A DNA stretch of 37,481 nucleotides from a virus (Duplodnaviria; Heunggongvirae; Uroviricota; Caudoviricetes): the IMG/VR virus record IMGVR_UViG_2534681936_000021, positions 1 through 37,481 of that record. One strand, given 5' to 3'. The notes under the pieces are model-generated. The model ran no database searches, had not been told where the DNA came from, and saw only the letters and a program-made list of their open reading frames with translations. How positions within the stretch are numbered: the first letter of the stretch is position 1; every line of letters starts with the position of its first letter. A program made the translations under genes and the position numbers. Below, piece after piece: positions 35,327 through 37,481 of this stretch.

Positions 35327-36218
35327 ATGAAAAATATAATTTTTCTATAGGTGCATCATTTATATCAATTGGTGTACTGCCTGTTCACGCAGCAACTGAA
35401 CATAATAACTTCAATGCAGTACTCCAGTGCCGAGCAATAGAAAATAATAAAGACAGACTTTCTTGTTACGATAAGTCAATACAACCGACTCGAACGAAAG
35501 TTGCTGAAAAATTCGAAAGCAGAGATCAATGCCCTGATGAGAAAGATGATGACAGACGTTTATCTTGTTATGATCGTTTTTTTCTCCAACATTTACTCCA
35601 TCTGTAAACTCAAAATCTAAAACGGAAAAGCCAGTAACAACAGAGGCTCAGCAACCAAATCTTTCTGAGATATCTAAATGCCGAGCAGAAAATGATAAAG
35701 AAGCCAGACTAAACTGCTACGATAAACTATTCCCACAGGATAAAGCTGTTCAAGCTGAATCAAAATTAGAGAAAGCCACAGATGTAGGAAAATGGCACAC
35801 ATCCATTACTACATCGCCAATTGATGATTCGAAAAATGTAATTTTATCGTTAGAAAGTGATGATTATATCAGAACTCCATTTGGAGAAGCGGTTACTCCT
35901 ACTCTGTTTATAGCTTGCCGAGAAAAGAAAACCGAAGTATTTCTTGGTTGGGATGTATATTTAGGCCTTGAACAAACCAGCATGCTTTATCGTCTTGATA
36001 AACAGAAAGCAGTTGAGCGAAACTGGCTAGTATCTACAGATACAAAGGCTGTTTTTTATAAAGGTAATGACATTGATTTCATCCGAAAACTAGCCAACTC
36101 AAACAAAATGTATACAAAAATAACTCCTTATAATGAGAGCCCTGTAAGTGCAACTTTCAATTTAAACGGCCTGTCAAACGCGCTAAAACCACTTCAAGCT
36201 GCTTGTAACTGGAAATAG
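35327..36218 (+). pseudogene. frameshifted gene for a secreted protein with three Cys-x9-10-Cys-Tyr-Asp repeats
   Basis: Signal-peptide-like start (MKNIIF...); frame breaks at T-runs near 35340 and 35577-35583; an ATG-less open frame continues to 36218. Confidence 0.45.
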
Positions 36219-36245
36219 CATAAATCATGTGGCTTAGCCACAATC

Positions 36246-36289
36246 ACAGATAACACAAAGCCCGTGGAAACGGGCTTTGTGTTATCTGT
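36246..36289. other. 19-bp perfect inverted repeat with 6-nt loop (acagataacacaaagcccg / cgggctttgtgttatctgt)
   Basis: Seen directly; lies between the upstream pseudogene and the candidate attR. Confidence 0.55.
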
Positions 36290-36299
36290 AACTCGAAAA

Positions 36300-36319
36300 T
36301 GTGGTCACTACGTGGACAC
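36300..36319. repeat. candidate attR core (tgtggtcactacgtggacac)
   Basis: 17 of 20 identity in direct orientation with 10-29 at the int end. Confidence 0.35.
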
Positions 36320-36485
36320 GTGCTGATATAAATCCTTTTATATCAATAAATTAAATCATCATTTTTTTCATCAACAAGGATTTTCACGTTTGTGTTACCT
36401 GTATGAGACGAGAGTTAACCGGACAAGTGTGCCATAATCTCGCGGCCAGGCATACTTGCGAAGATTTCAGGTATAAGGATACGTA

Positions 36486-37481
36486 ATGATACAACCTATT
36501 TCCGGCCCTCCTCCTGGGCAACCACCAGGTCAGGGAGATAACCTGCCGTCTGGCGCGGGCAATCAGCCTTTATCCAGTCAGCAACGTACTTCGCTGGAAA
36601 GCTTAATGACGAAAGTGACCTCACTGACGCAACAGCAAAGAGCAGAACTGTGGGCGGGTATCAGGCACGATATTGGTCTGTCGGGAGATTCACCGCTGCT
36701 TTCGCGTCACTTCCCTGCCGCTGAGCATAATCTGGCGCAACGTCTGCTGGCCGCGCAAAAAAGCCATTCTGCCCGCCAGCTTTTAGCGCAATTAGGGGAG
36801 TATTTACGTCTGGGGAATAATCGTCAGGCGGTCACGGATTATATCCGTCATAACTTTGGTCAGACGCCGCTGAATCAGCTCTCACCGGAGCAATTAAAAA
36901 CCATTCTCACCCTGTTGCAGGAAGGGAAGATGGTTATTCCGCAACCGCAGCAGCGCGAGGCGACCGATCGTCCTCTATTACCGGCGGAGCACAATGCGCT
37001 CAAACAGCTGGTGACCAAACTTGCGGCGGCAACGGGGGAGCCCAGCAAACAGATCTGGCAATCGATGCTGGAACTTTCCGGGGTGAAAGATGGCGAGTTA
37101 ATTCCAGCGAAACTGTTTAACCATCTGGTGACCTGGCTGCAGGCGCGTCAGACGCTAAGCCAGCAAAATACGCCGACGCTGGAATCACTACAAATGACGC
37201 TAAAACAACCTTTAGATGCCAGTGAACTGGCGGCGTTATCGGCATATATCCAGCAAAAATATGGCCTTTCTGCGCAATCATCGCTTTCTTCTGCCCAGGC
37301 CGAGGATATTCTTAATCAGCTTTATCAACGGCGGGTTAAAGGGATTGATCCGCGTGATATGCAACCGCTGCTTAATCCTTTTCCACCGATGATGGACACG
37401 TTGCAAAATATGGCAACGCGTCCCGCGCTGTGGATACTGTTAGTCGCGATTATCCTGATGCTGGTCTGGCTGGTTCGTTAA
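36486..37481 (+). CDS. flk: Flk-like flagellar regulator with C-terminal membrane anchor (host gene)
   Basis: Pro/Gln-rich N-terminus MIQPISGPPPGQPPGQ and C-terminal hydrophobic anchor ALWILLVAIILMLVWLVR; recognised from memory of enterobacterial Flk. Confidence 0.55.
   Translation: MIQPISGPPPGQPPGQGDNLPSGAGNQPLSSQQRTSLESLMTKVTSLTQQQRAELWAGIRHDIGLSGDSPLLSRHFPAAEHNLAQRLLAAQKSHSARQLLAQLGEYLRLGNNRQAVTDYIRHNFGQTPLNQLSPEQLKTILTLLQEGKMVIPQPQQREATDRPLLPAEHNALKQLVTKLAAATGEPSKQIWQSMLELSGVKDGELIPAKLFNHLVTWLQARQTLSQQNTPTLESLQMTLKQPLDASELAALSAYIQQKYGLSAQSSLSSAQAEDILNQLYQRRVKGIDPRDMQPLLNPFPPMMDTLQNMATRPALWILLVAIILMLVWLVR

Larger units (their letters stand above)
1..36319. mobile_element. P2-like temperate myovirus prophage (int to ogr plus right-end cargo); boundaries tentative
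   Basis: Collinear set of P2-type genes (int, C, cox, A, Q, P, O, N, M, L, lysis, baseplate, fibre, sheath/tube/tape measure, D, ogr) recognised from translations; imperfect direct repeats at 10-29 and 36300-36319. Confidence 0.8.

Noticed and set aside
1-37481. CRISPR arrays, rRNA or tRNA genes, transposase or IS elements
   Set aside because: No regularly spaced direct repeats, no rRNA- or tRNA-like sequence and no transposase-like translations were seen; the only recombinases are the phage integrase and the fibre invertase.

Overview
The window is an almost complete P2-like (Peduovirus-type) temperate myovirus prophage, about 36 kb, followed by a short AT-rich flank and a host gene resembling flk. 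Gene order matches P2 prophage layout: int-C (minus), cox and about ten small early ORFs, replication endonuclease A, a cargo interval, portal Q and terminase P (minus), then O-N-M-L-X-Y-endolysin-spanins-R-S-V-W-J-I-H-G. Beyond G lies a Gin/Hin-type invertible tail-fibre segment (alternative fibre C-terminus plus second chaperone on the minus strand) with a serine invertase, then U-T-E/E'-FII-FI on the minus strand, D, a second cargo gene, and ogr. All calls rest on reading the six-frame translations and on recalled family signatures; no database search was run. The most interesting candidates are: (1) the A-to-Q interval, at the position of the P2 old/tin genes, which carries a ParM/ParR-like module plus two unassignable ORFs and heavily structured non-coding DNA; (2) an AT-rich single-gene insertion between D and ogr encoding a 340-aa protein with an Rx4HH (HEPN-like) motif; (3) a hok/gef-like type I toxin beyond ogr. 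Also notable are single-base frameshifts at homopolymer runs in capsid gene N, tail gene D and a flanking repeat-protein gene (sequencing error or prophage decay), a roughly 300-bp structured non-coding element before gene A, and imperfect 20-bp direct repeats at both ends that may be att sites.
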